A DNA stretch of 64,000 bases from contig OZ037765.1 of assembly GCA_964035545.1 (NCBI GenBank), positions 1,922,001-1,986,000 on the forward strand, in the 5' to 3' direction. Each line of letters opens with the position of its first letter. The first letter of the stretch is position 1. The position numbers were made by a program, and so were the translations under genes. Below are positions 51,118-64,000 of this stretch, piece after piece. This stretch comes from Bugula neritina. Lineage: Eukaryota; Animalia; Bryozoa. The notes beneath the pieces are model-generated. The model had not been told where the DNA came from. It was given only the letters and a program-made list of their open reading frames with translations, and did not search any database.

Positions 51118-54100
51118 CATTCAGCTGTGATGCATGCACGTGCCTAGATAATGCTGGGACTAACTACCCACCTCTGCGGTTACAGCCTCAAATAGCCCAA
51201 ACTGCAACCTTTGCCAAAAATTTTAGCTTCTTTGGGCGCTACTTAGTGGTGTTTTCCATTACTCAGTCTTTTACCTGCCTTACCTGGGAATCTAAACATA
51301 CTTTACTGTCTGGAAGGGCATTCATTCCCAGGCAGGTTGTTGACCCAGCTGTAGAGCACCAGCAAACACTTGTCAACTATGTTTGTGACACATGTTTTTC
51401 TCCAGTTTGACCGTCTGCAGAAAGTGAGTGTCGCAATCACACGGGCTATTTTAATGTTTACTGACAACAGTTGATTCACACTGACACTTGTATTGGGAGC
51501 TGCAGACGTTGTGTAGTGACAACATGCACTCGGTACTCTTTGCATAGTTTGGCTAGTTGCCTTTACTGCCGATGGTGTTATATTCAGATTTATGCAGGAT
51601 GTCTTTGATCAGATGATCTCAGTTCACAATTCCATTTGGCTCTGATGAATGTAGCTAGGCAGTGCTGCCAGTTCACTTGGCTGGTGGCAGCATCATACAC
51701 TAGCCAGTCGGAAGGGCATTGCATCATTTCACTTGTTGATGTTGACAAGAATTTAATTTATTTTCATGCTGTGAGAAATAGCAAAGACTGAGTAGCCAAG
51801 TTAAATATCCTATTTGCAGTTGCTAGCAGTTCACTTGCAGTTTAAATAGTCATTTGGCGGTTGAACTTACAATCTGTGTGCATTAGTCTATTATTATCTT
51901 TGAATTTATGATGCATTTGCATTAGTGAGATTGAAGAATATTAAATATCAATTTTAGTTCAAATAAATTGTCAAAATCTTCTATCGTCATGCTGCTATTG
52001 AACAAAAGAAAGTGATGCGTTGATGAAATTTATCAAATAGTCAAATATTGACTATGTATTGAAATTTTATCTTCACTTAATCTCGTGTTTTCAGAAAGTT
52101 GTTTTGATTGTGTTGAGATTAAATCTTCAACAGAGTATTATTTGTCAGATGTCCTCAACTATTAGTTGATAAGAAAGCTGATTCACAGTTTGACACATAG
52201 ACGTAGTGAGTGCTTGTGATATGAGACTGAAAAGCTTCTCCATGTCTATTAGAGTTTAAGAATTTGATGACTAAGAAGCTATTATAAAGTATGCAGCCGA
52301 ACAGTAACTGCTAATTACCTAATCAGCATGAAGCAGTTTACAATATTCATTCCATTGATAAGGTTTAAGTACTTGTCCTCCCATTACGTTTCAAGAAATT
52401 GTTATAGTTCAGCTAACTAAAACATGTTCTACTCTTTCGTAGTTATATTTCTTATAATTTTTAAAACAAGTGTTGAAAATCTACAGCAGTTTGCAAGTAT
52501 TTGAATTTTCTACTCAGTTAGTTCCTAAAACTTGTAGCAGTCACCTAACAGGAAATGCATTGTAAAGTGATTAGGTTCACTAGCTTGCCCTGTAATAGGA
52601 TGTCATCGAATTAGATTATTCCGGAATGCATATTAATTCTGCAAAATGCTGTACTCTAGAGCCTCTGTAAATGTTATAGATTATAGTTTGTCACCATTTT
52701 CAATTAGTCATGATTTAGTATTCATTGTATGACTGAGACTTGCCAACTGAAGTACGTAAATCTATTTTATTAATGTACTGTCTGCTTAGGTATTATGCAT
52801 AGCTAAGTTTAGAGTTGTCCTTTCAATATTTGTTTCTTTTGGTTATTCCACACTGGTACTTATGGTGTTGCCATTGATGAAAGTTTTTTTTCAAACTGAT
52901 TTAGAGAGATTTTTCAGTCATATTTCTTTGACCGGATTTCTCATCTAATCTGACTCATTTCATTAGAGAACCTAAATTGATTCAATTTGATTTTAATTGA
53001 TTTAGGTTAGGACATGTTGAATTTAATAAATTTATATATTTCAACATTTGTACTCTTTTGAAAAAGTGGTCATAAAATGTTGAGAAAATTTGTTAATAGG
53101 TAGTGAGTAATGCTTTAGGTCAGTTGAACTTGGGTCATATAAATTCTAATCTGTGTCCAGGATTTCTATTCCCTGCATCCTGTAACCACGCATCTACTCA
53201 TTGATCAAAATTTGGAAAAATCTCGCACTTAGACTTGGCAAAGTTGCGAACTATGCTGGCTTCCCAATATGCAACTTGTATGGTTATTACATTACGCAAT
53301 TGTTATTAATTAAAATTCCATAATATTATATTATTATATTCCAAGCATCCTTTAAAAAGTATACAAAAATTTACATGGGTTGACACTCAGCGAGTACAAG
53401 ATGCTAATCCTATTTTAGAATAGGTGCCGTATCTCGAGGCCACAGTCTGATTATTATATTCCTTGCATTGCACTGGAAGTTTGGACTGAAACAATTATAT
53501 CTCAATATATTTTAACAAGTACAAATACCTCAGGATTGTGTGAAAAATATCACGTTGCAAAAGATGTTGTCTCAGGTGTGTGGGTATAAACTAAAGCTAC
53601 GCATGCTTTTGAACTGACTTAGCTTTACAATTGGTTGATCTAATCAAATAATCTAATCAAATGACTGAATCACCAGAGCAAACTTGATGTACACTAGGAT
53701 TGTAGGTTGTTGAGTGTGATATACGCCTCCCTAGGTGTTATGTAATGCTAGGTTCATAGCTGCCGGCTGGTTATTAGAAATGCTGCCGTCTGTAGTAGGC
53801 GATCTGTCTGTTATAGGCAGCAGGGAATGGAAAGCTAGCTGCATAACCTGACTGGTCCCTATAGTATATGTAGTTTCAGGAAGTGCCCCATTCTCTAACA
53901 CTCATTTGCATTTTCAAAATCAGTATTTTCAATGCAACAGATATAAATCAGATAGGATATGATATAAGAAGCACATTATACTAGATGAGCACATAATATG
54001 AAATCTAACTCAATTATGTTGTAGTTTATCCCAACATAAACTGTACTGTACATCATCTCTAGCTGAATAAAACCAATATGTTATAAAAAGCAGAGGGGAC

Positions 54101-57100
54101 TAACTGTAGCCATACTGCTAGTTTTCCATCTGCCTCTCTCTACTAATATATATTTTTATATTATCAAAGGTTAGTATTGGTTTGTGGTCTGTTTGTAAAA
54201 TTTTCTTTCAGTGCAACTTATGGCTGCTGGTATAATTTTATGTATTTTTGATGTTGATGTTTATATAATGTTTGATTAAACAAGTTTTTATTTCATAATT
54301 TAGAAAACACTGCTGCCCATAGTAGAAGGGCTGCTGGTAGGTACAGGTAGTTACTGGTACTACATCCAACAGTAAAGTTGCTCTTCATCTTCTTAGGCTA
54401 ACAGCCTGTGTTCTGTAGCTTCTTATTCCCCTTCAATAAAGCCATACAAAATGCCACTGATATATATTGATGGAGATGTTTGGTTCTAGAACTCCAACTA
54501 GCTTACTTCAAAACCTCATTGCTATATCTAATAGTTTATTCTATAGCTAAGAAACTAAAGTAATACCAAGTGATAAACTTATAAAATGATGCTAAATTTG
54601 TACTCTGCAATGTGTTGAGCCATCTTGGATGAATTAAAGTGAGTCTTTGCCCCACAGAAACACTCTGTAAGTGAGTGATCAGTCCATTACTCTGTATATT
54701 TGTTCTATTAACAGCTGATTGATGTTGTAGTATAGGGCCTAGCCAATCTTACACCTTTACTTCAGTAACAAATCACTTTATATTTTCGTTTTATAGCTAA
54801 TTGTGTATTTTAGGAGCTTTTTTATTTTTGGGTCATTTGTCTATTTAGCAGAAGCAAATTGCTAATTAATTTGACTGGTTCACCTCTAGGAAAGTTGCTC
54901 TACCAAAGAATAAACTTATGCAATAATATGGCCAGAGACAATTGCACTTACTGCATTATTTACATATGATATATAAATGATACATTAGCCGTGTACACCA
55001 ACAATTTGCAATATTTTATGAGGGACAGTTTTATGATAATGTTATATTGTGCTTTATTTATCTTATGAAATCAAAGATATTGAACTGATATACTAATTAC
55101 CAAATAATTCCTGATATGGTTAACACAAGTCTACTCTAGCTACTACAGACTTTATATACCTACCAGAAGTGCTAGTAGTGCTACTTTGCAGTGACATGAC
55201 ACTATGTAATAGTCATTATATTATCTGGTAAATCTTTTACACACATCTGAGCAAGTTTCCCAAGAATAGCCCAAAAAGCAGCAAGACTTGGTGAACTATT
55301 CTGGGGGGGGGAACTAGAATTGTTGTGTTGCTCATTACATAAGACTGTAGATGTCTCTAAACAGCTAGTATCTCTTGCTTAAGAAGATTCTTCTAGAAGC
55401 AATCAGCCTTAGCAGATATTAATGTTCTCTCAACCAGAATTATTGAATAATTTTAATAGATTTTCATTGCTTGTCGCAATGATTCTATAATTAGAAAAAG
55501 GAATACTGCAAATAGATTAACCACAATTAAAATTTATAATGCAGCTTATACATATATAATATATACCATTCAATTATCATATGTTATTAAATATGTCTAT
55601 AATAATTATTATTAATAAGCTTTTCCTATGTGATGCCTATTTAATAACTATATTAGAGTCCCTCAACTATGCAGTTATACTTTTGCACTATTGAGTCGTT
55701 TTGGATCATTTCGAACTTCACGTTCACACATGTCATTTGGATAGCGACTGCCATCGTTACCGTAACTGGCACCATAAACCAGTAACGTTTGCTCTGTGCT
55801 CACTCTATAAGAGAAAGTGTTGAAGTTTCTTTGGGCTGTTGTGTTGTCTTAATACTCTATTGCGCTAGAAGTTGAGTTTAAAGATTTCCAGAAAAGCTAT
55901 AGAAAAAGTGTAATTACTAGTTGAAAAGATGCATCTCTCACAATTGTAATTTTTTTAAAATCTGTAAAAAATCTCAGTGAATTTTGAGCGGTAAAAAGTT
56001 GTTAAAAACTACTTTCAACCTCTGTTCGTGCATAAGCCTCTCCTCTCCAGGGTCCATGTTTCACAAATAGTTAAAGGAACAAAGTTTCTAATGACTACCT
56101 CCATCATTAAAAGGTCTGTAGATTTTAGGACTGAAAGGCAAAGATGAATCTGTTCAATTTTTATGTCCTAAAGCTCTGTTAGGAATTGATGGTTTATTGG
56201 TGCATAAGATTTGAGCCGCACTTGAGTTTCCAGCTGTTAATCTTGAATTTCCAAAAAGTATGGTTTATTAGGATTTTAAGCAAGTGATTTGAAAAATGAG
56301 TTGTTGCAATATTGGTGACAGTACTTAGCACTTAGTGCCCCCTAGTGACTGCCCTCACCCATAAATTTTTCTTGAATTCATGAACACTTATAACTGCAGC
56401 TTACCCCAATCTCAACAGCTACTTACATAATAAATATAAAAAACTCTCTTTCAAGTTGCTGAGCCAACAGCTGTTGAGTAGGGACACTTGATGGTGGTAC
56501 AAAGATAAAGATGGTCTTACTCAACTGCAAGTGCAAATTGTTTTTAATTGATAAATTATGATAAAGTACCAAAAATCACACACTGATTTTTAATTTTGAA
56601 TATTTTGGACTCCAAGTGATATGTATTTGGTTGCCCTCAAATTTCAAGAGGAATCGTTGAAGAGGGTTCCTTCAAGAAGATCAGGTAGTGACATTGGATT
56701 TAAAGGACACTCCAGTCTGCTATTTAGCCCTACAAGTACAGACATGGATATATGACATCAAATAGGCAATCAGCACATCATAAATTCAGCAAATGTGTGA
56801 CTGCAGAATACCCCTGGTGCATTTGTCATTTGCACAAATTGACAATTTATTCATTTTATCCAGGATTTTTTTTATAAATATTTGGCAATTCATAGCAATA
56901 ATTTAGTGAAACTTAAAGTTAATTAGAAATAAATTAGACACTTTAGCAGAGTTCTACCGGACCTCCTATAACCACCCTTTATAAACCTACCTGTACAGTT
57001 CAGTGTTCACTGTCTAATATGTACTTATTTCTCTGGGACCAACCAGTGCACCACTCCTATCCCCTAGGACTAATAACAACCTAGAAAATAACATGCTTTA

Positions 57101-59176
57101 GGTATCTGATTTCTTTACTTATAGTGACTGTCTAAACCAGAAGTAAAAGCATTTGCAATTCTAGAAAACTTGGCTATTTGGTTACTTAAGACTATGTTCT
57201 CCATACTAGCAGCGGTTTGCTGTTAGTAAGGGCTGCTCCATCTATCCCCCAGGCTCTAACCGATTTTTGAGGGAGTGCCTTGAGTCTATGACCATTTTTT
57301 ATTCAGAGATTAAGTAACTGGTGTTCAGTCCAAGTCCATTATCTCGAGTTAGTCAATGATGAGTCACCATCTGCTCATGAGTAAGTTGACATGTAATTCT
57401 ATTTACTATTGGACAATGATGTTGGTGAATAACCAGTAAAATATTTAATACACACTGAGCACAGATAATGGTCTACTATTTTCTTTTTTAAAAGACATCT
57501 GAATATATTTGTTTACCTTCAATAGGTAGCAATAAACTAAAATAATTTAAAGTCAACAATGACAAGTAGGTTGCAGAATGTCTACCCACTTTCTTTCAAT
57601 GACTAAACCTTTAAGGCCTTGAGTATATAATGAGTAAAATGTCAGGCAATCTCTAAAGTTATATTGTTTTCAGTGGTTTTTACTAATTTACTGATATTGA
57701 ATGGCTTATGTTTACCTTAAACCACATGGCAAACTTTTTATAGAAAGATACCATTATGTATCAAAGCTATTATGGAAAATAAAGGGATTAGTGGTTAAAC
57801 TAGTTGCATACTTTTTCCTGGAACATGGCTGCATGCATGACCATATCAGACCCCACACAACCACCCAGTTCTTCTTTGAAGAATGAAAATATTCTATACA
57901 TTGATTGATTGCAATTCTTTATATTATAAGTCTTTTTAAAAACTTGTGTAAAAATATTCATAAAGTTTAAAGCACAACTCTTTTTAACCTTATTTTGGTG
58001 AATTAGACTGCCATTTGCTGTCCTTTACATTATAGAATGTGTCCATAAGATATTCTAGCATTTTTCTTAAAACAACCATATATTTTGCAGTTTGCTGAAG
58101 CTTTCTAGTGCTGAAATATCTTCTTAGAAAAGACAGGATTTTATAATGAATTTGTTTTCTAGAGATCCGTAGAGGTGTGGGCCATTAAAGTACTAAATAT
58201 TGGTTCCCTTTCCAGCAACTCCCAATAAATACCCCATCTATACAAATCACAAACATAATGCAACGTGGGGGAAGGGGTTAAGCTAAGTAATGCAATATTT
58301 ATGCCTATAAATATATGCTGTACCTAGAAGAAGCGTATTAATTGGACATACCTGTGGCTTTCTTCTAAATTGCCTATAATTTACATATAAACTTAAACTG
58401 GGATAAAATTATTTCTTTCCATAATTAGTGCACCACCTGTGTGGCTTATTTAACTTCTTAGACCTATTTTATTGTGCGAAAGTATCGACTAAAAGTAATT
58501 ATAATGCAGTGAAAGTTGTAAATCCGTTGAATTAAATTAAGATTACTTGAGTTTTAATTGCTGCAGTAAGAAGGTGTGTGTTAAGTATGTTTACTGAGTG
58601 TACACTTGTACTGAATTTCCTAATAGAAATCTTGCACTTTCTGAAACACCCTGTTGCAAAATATTTGCCACCCCCCCCCCCCCCTACTGGGGTTCCAACA
58701 TTGTAAGCTAGTCACACTAACCATTACACCACAGGGGCTAATGGGTGATGTTTATTTTTTGTAGAGTTGTGTTCACTTTAATGTCTACTTTAGACTGTTT
58801 TCCGTGTAGAAATCTCCTAGTTAGTCCTAACTCAACACAACTCAACCTCTACCTAAGATTTTGATGCAGTAAAAATTAACTTATGAAAAGATGTCTGATC
58901 TATAATGAAGTATCAAAAACTGCTAAAATACAATAAAGTTAGAAAACATTATATAACTTTAGCATTGCATTGTATAATATGAATTTTAGTTTGGATTAAT
59001 TCGTTAAAAAGTTTCACATGTTGGTATATTTTACTTTTGTTATTCAAGCTATCATGGTCGGCACTAGCACTAATATTTCATACTTCAACAAAAACTACCA
59101 AATGTTGCTCCATTTTGTGTTTTTGCTAAGGGTATGGAATTTCCAACAAAGCCTCTATTTCTACCTTCTCTTGTAG

Positions 59177-59235
59177 AGATCTTAAGATGGAAAACATTCT
59201 GCTGGACGATGCGAATAAAAACATAAAGATTATAG
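59177..59235 (+). CDS. Kinase exon 4 (catalytic loop), 59 nt
   Basis: TTGTAG|A DLKMENILLDDANKNIKII G|GTGAGT; completes HRDLK across a 16.4-kb intron; not in the ORF track. Confidence 0.93.
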
Positions 59236-60467
59236 GTGAGTAAGCAGAGTAAAAGTGGGGTGGGTAGGCTACCCAGCCTGTGATGTATCATATGGACAAT
59301 GCTGGCTCCCCGCTAGTGTGTATAAACTGCTAGAACTGACAGCTGGTGTAGTTTATTAAGACTCGATCAGTCTCCCTGTCAGTTTAACTACTATACAAAC
59401 ACAACTCTTTTTAACACATATTTTAATTAGTCTGTCTAAAAATTCGTTGGCCCGTTTGTACCCTAGTAAGTTTAATGAAATTAAACCTCAATTCATCTTC
59501 CACTTTATCTGAGTGAATTTTAAATTGCATATTACCTCGAGCCCTGTATTATGTAACAGAGTACTAATGGATTTGAATATTGAATTTAATGGCTGCAGGC
59601 AATATTCTCCATGCTTGTGTAGATTCCCTCCTTTAGTTTGTCATTCTATATTCGTCATTAGCATAAAGTGACATTCTCCATATTTAAATACAATTAGTTT
59701 AAGTAGTTTTATATTGTTACATAATATTCTGTCACACCCTTGACTTGCCATTTCCCTTCCCGCCATTTGCTTTCGCTGAGCTTGTAGTTTCAACGTCAAC
59801 ACACCATGCTGTTTGCTCAAATTGAGGCTGCTGTGCTAAATAAATATGAAAGGGGCTAAGTTTTTCAACACTATTGGTTTCTTTGTATATTGTCAAGTTT
59901 TTTAAGTAATTATAGCTTAAAGATGTCCCCAGGTTAATCTGAGAAAACCCGACTGATGACTTAGCTTTACTTAATGACTTGACTCTAGCCAATGACTTGG
60001 CTTAAAATTGTTATTTTATTTTATTTCTAGCTCAGTCTGGCCTTGCCTCTATTTTTTCCTGTTCAGATAAAATGATAAATATAGAAACAGTTTTGTTTTT
60101 GAACATAGTTGCAATTGGCACTAAATTTAAGCAACCAGCGTATAGTGGTACAGAAATCCTGTGGTACAAATATCATATGATATGACTGTTATTAGGAATT
60201 ATTTCCATGTGCAACTGGCATTGGTGTTTGTAAATACTGTGCAGATGTTTCTGATTTAAAGAGTACATGAATTCCACCTGCTTCTATTCCCATTTCCTGT
60301 TTGTATGAATTCACACTGGCTGCAGTTTGAGGTGTCTGCTGCTTAATCTTCGTTTAGTCAGCGAGTGAAAATATTGTCTCGAAGTTTTCCACCCAAGAAG
60401 ATCCTAAACTATGCAGTGGACAAACTGATACAATATTTAAAGCCAGAAATTCTTGTAAAATAATTTT

Positions 60468-60539
60468 TGCTCCCACTGGGGTTTGAACCGCTGACCTCTG
60501 CCTTGCAAACTGGCGAGCTAACCATTACGCTACATGGAC
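60468..60539 (-). pseudogene. tRNA-like sequence related to the 35183 copy
   Basis: Reverse complement GTCCATGTAGCGTAATGGTTAGC...TGCAAGGCAGAGGTCAGCGGTTCAAACCCCAGTGGGAGC followed by AAAAATTATTTTACA. Confidence 0.65.
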
Positions 60540-61206
60540 GACTGAGCTATCAGAACACTACATTTCTCATTTAGAACTTTCTCTCTGTAAAAGGCCGTCC
60601 GTTTAGATTGATGTAGATTTTTATTTAGTTCAAGTTCTCTTTTATTTTCATGTTTAAATCATCTGTTAACTCTGCTTTGTTTGTAAAACTGATGACATAA
60701 GAACCCACAAATGTTTACCTGTCCTAGGCACTTCTGGCCAACTTACAGCAAAAAACTCAGTCAAGTAATTTCCTTCGATTGTATCTTGGTAGTTTGGCGT
60801 ACCTACCAAGTTGTGTGTCGTGATTTATGAAGTAATTGTCAGTTATCTTTCTTTGATCTCTATCTTATCACCTCAGTCACTCTCCCCGGTGCAGCCACCA
60901 CCGGAACTTAACACAATAACTACCTCAGACCAAACAAGACCTCACATTCATCTAGGTTTATATCAACAATAACACATCAATTATTACATGTACCTACTCA
61001 GGAATGTTTTATCAATCACCCTCTGCCCACCATATCATTCATTTTACATCTTCTGTCACCATATTTTATTTATACATCAGCTTATTCCATTTCCAGTCAA
61101 GCTTCGGTTACTCAATCAATTATCAGTTACTGGTCGAAATAATATTCTTGATTCTTCATGATTTACCTTTGCAATACTTTGAAATGGTTCACCTTTTTCA
61201 ACTTAA

Positions 61207-61437
<231 letters not shown>

Positions 61438-63235
61438 TAAGTTAGGGGGGTCGTGGGACCTCCCCCAAAATTTAAAAAGCTAAAGAGCTTTTGTTTTTAA
61501 AAGAATTGCATACAAAAATGTTTTTCAAATTACCCAAATTTATGTGGAAGTTTCACCATTGCAGTTACTGCTGTTGCTTTTGAATGAAATTTCACAGCTA
61601 CTTTAACATGAAGTTGGGCGCAGGCATTCTCTTCCCACCCCAATCCCCTTCCTATATTTAAAATCACTGACTACTTGACTATTGCATGCAGCTTCTAGAT
61701 CTCATGCTATTCAACTTCCTCATGTCTCACTATAACAATAACTATTCTATTTTCAACTCAAGTTGACTCACTCTCTAATCTCTATGACTCAGCAGGCACT
61801 CTGCCACTCGTATTCATGTTTATTTTGCAATTGCTAACTTTTCCTCTACTACTAAAACTATTCCTGTCAACATGGATAGACTATACATTAGAAAACTTCA
61901 TGGCTTCATAGTTTAACCACAAGCATTTACCAGTTTTATTAGCCCATCCAGCTAAGAAATTTGTGCAGAAGCATTTAATTAATAAATATGTAAAATTATC
62001 CAAGTGAATTATTCTAATTCATTATCTACAACTGCTAAACTACCTTTTCTGCAAGAGCAGAACAACCCAGGAGTCTCGTGAAATCTGTCAATTACTTCCA
62101 AGTAAAATCTAATGCTACAGTTCAGATCAGGAGCTATGAATATAATATAATGTCGATGTTGAATAGCTTTTCAAATGCATGCCATATTTTAGTTTAGTTT
62201 TGGCACCCGATTACACATCCTATACTACACAATTTCACCAACTAATTCTAACTATAGCAGTCCGGAGTTATGTCCCTTGCTTTGAAATTATCAAGTATGT
62301 GTAATTCTACTTGCGTTGCTGCCTCAAATTATCAGCTGACTTTTGCACAGAATTTACCTGACTCAACCTCATTTCCTGTTGAAAAGGAAAAAAGTGGGTT
62401 AGTTGACTCACGTGTAATTCAATAGACTTGCATCACCCTGATTATCAGTAAATCTGTCAATCACACATGGACTTTGAGCTTTCAGTACTCATTACCTTCC
62501 AATAATCTGAATTTATTAGCCTGTTTATTATTTTTGATCACGTTTTAAATCACATTTTCTTTTTATAAAAAATTGAATGATTTTGTACAATTTTGTTTTG
62601 AAGCTTATACTGAAATATGGCAGATGAAAAATGTAAAAATACAAGTTATAAAACCTTCAAGTTTTTTGCTCCCATCTGCAGCTGCCCATCATGATAAATA
62701 TGAAACCAGACACTTCTGTGTATTTCTCTTAATCATGACGAAAAAAGTTATTTACGAAAATTTAAACATGCATTTTTATCATATTTGCTTATTTCTTGCT
62801 ACAAAAATAGAACGGTGTTGACATAAGTAATCAAATTTGGTCATTCACATACCTTATGGTGTATGGTAGCTTTCGATCAGGAGTTATGCAAATTTTACTT
62901 TGAAAAATACTCCACTAATCAAAGTAAACTATAAATATATCTACATTTTTACAGCATGTGATCTGTTGCATCATATCCTGTATCCTCTCGCATTGATCTC
63001 TTCATATGCCAGTTTCTTCTATCAAGAGAATTTAGTCAACCAATAATGATTCAAACATTTATTATCATATTTTTTATTATTAATAGGGTATTATATTTGG
63101 TGCAATGTTTTAGTACAGTACAACATTAAAATATTATTAAATTCTGACAGATTAGTATATATAGTATAACTAATATGTTAGTATATATGCTAGTTATATC
63201 TTAATCATTGCACACAGTAATATATAGTGTGATAC

Positions 63236-63428
63236 CACACTCCGTTATGTGACACACATATTCTGTCATGTGACACACATATTCTGTCATGTGACACCTC
63301 TTCTGTTATGTGACACATATTCTGTTATGTGAGACATATTCTGTTATGTGACACATATTCTGTCGTATAACACATGTTCTGTCACATGACACTTTTTCTG
63401 TCATGTGACACCTCTTCTGTTATGTGAC
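63236..63428. repeat. Minisatellite, 19-21-bp unit TGTGACACATATTCTGTYA, ~10 copies
   Basis: Read directly; abuts the exon 6 acceptor. Confidence 0.93.
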
Positions 63429-63436
63429 TGTTTTAG

Positions 63437-63582
63437 TGGAGTGATAGTGTTTGGCGCTCTGGTTGGAGAACTACCATTTGTTCCTGGTTCAATGGAACCG
63501 AGCAAACGACACGCTCTCTTGAAAATGCTGAATAAGGGCTTGACTGATGAGCACAGGAAACGTATGCTCCATCTGGATATAG
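63437..63582 (+). CDS. Kinase exon 6; gene continues past the window end
   Basis: TTTTAG|FGVIVFGALVGELPFVPGSMEPSKRHALLKMLNKGLTDEHRKRMLHLDI G|GTATAA. Confidence 0.88.
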
Positions 63583-63953
63583 GTATAATCTGTAGAAATG
63601 TTGAGAGATATAATCTATAGAAAAGTTTAGAGGAATAATCTGTAGAAATGTTGAGAAGTATAATCTGTAGAAATGTTAAGTATAATCTGTAGAAATGTTG
63701 AGAGGTGTAATCTGTAGAAGTGTTGTAGAGGTATAACCTGTAGAAAAGTTTAGAGGAATAATCTGTAGAAATGTTGAGAAGTATAATCTATAGAAGTGTT
63801 GTAGAGGTGTAATCTGTAGAAATGTTGTAGAGGTATAATCTGTAGAAATGTTTAGAGGTATAATCTATAGAAATGTTAAGAGGTATAATCTGTAGAAATG
63901 TTGAGAAGTATAATCTATAGAAAAGTTTAGAGGTGTTATCTGTAAAAATGTTT
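63581..63953. repeat. Minisatellite, ~25-bp unit AGAGGTATAATCTGTAGAAATGTTG, ~15 copies
   Basis: Read directly; begins at the exon 6 donor. Confidence 0.95.
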
Positions 63954-64000
63954 AAATGCAGCATTAAAACAAGGGGTAAATATTTCCTTCACTCACATAA

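Noticed and set aside
42753-59176. Nested protein-coding gene in the 16.4-kb intron
   Set aside because: No ORF there shows a recognisable domain or a consistent exon chain; small-exon genes cannot be excluded without RNA-seq.

Overview
AT-rich eukaryotic (invertebrate animal-like) genomic DNA with spliceosomal GT-AG introns; no prokaryotic features. I assembled five protein-coding genes by hand from splice sites and codon phase. (1) KATNAL2, minus strand, 10 coding exons from ATG 5214, running off the left edge. (2) RPS19BP1/AROS, plus strand, 4 exons (5613-7964), head-to-head with KATNAL2 and only partly visible in the ORF track. (3) TMEM129 E3 ligase, minus strand, 5 exons (11031-8295). 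(4) A divergent two-exon SoxC-type HMG-box gene (30299-31706) after a ~19 kb stretch with no intact gene. (5) A HUNK-like/AMPK-related kinase, plus strand, 6 exons seen (33590-63582), with introns up to 16.4 kb, continuing past the right edge. Non-coding DNA holds LINE remnants, a tRNA-headed SINE with a target-site duplication, MITEs, tRNA-like heads, minisatellites and candidate AP-1, RFX and CTCF sites. I found no unequivocally new system. The best leads are minisatellites built from or resembling splice signals in the kinase introns, a candidate microexon splitting the HRD motif, the atypical SoxC HMG box and C-terminus, and a possible SoxC regulatory block. Family assignments come from remembered motifs, not database searches.
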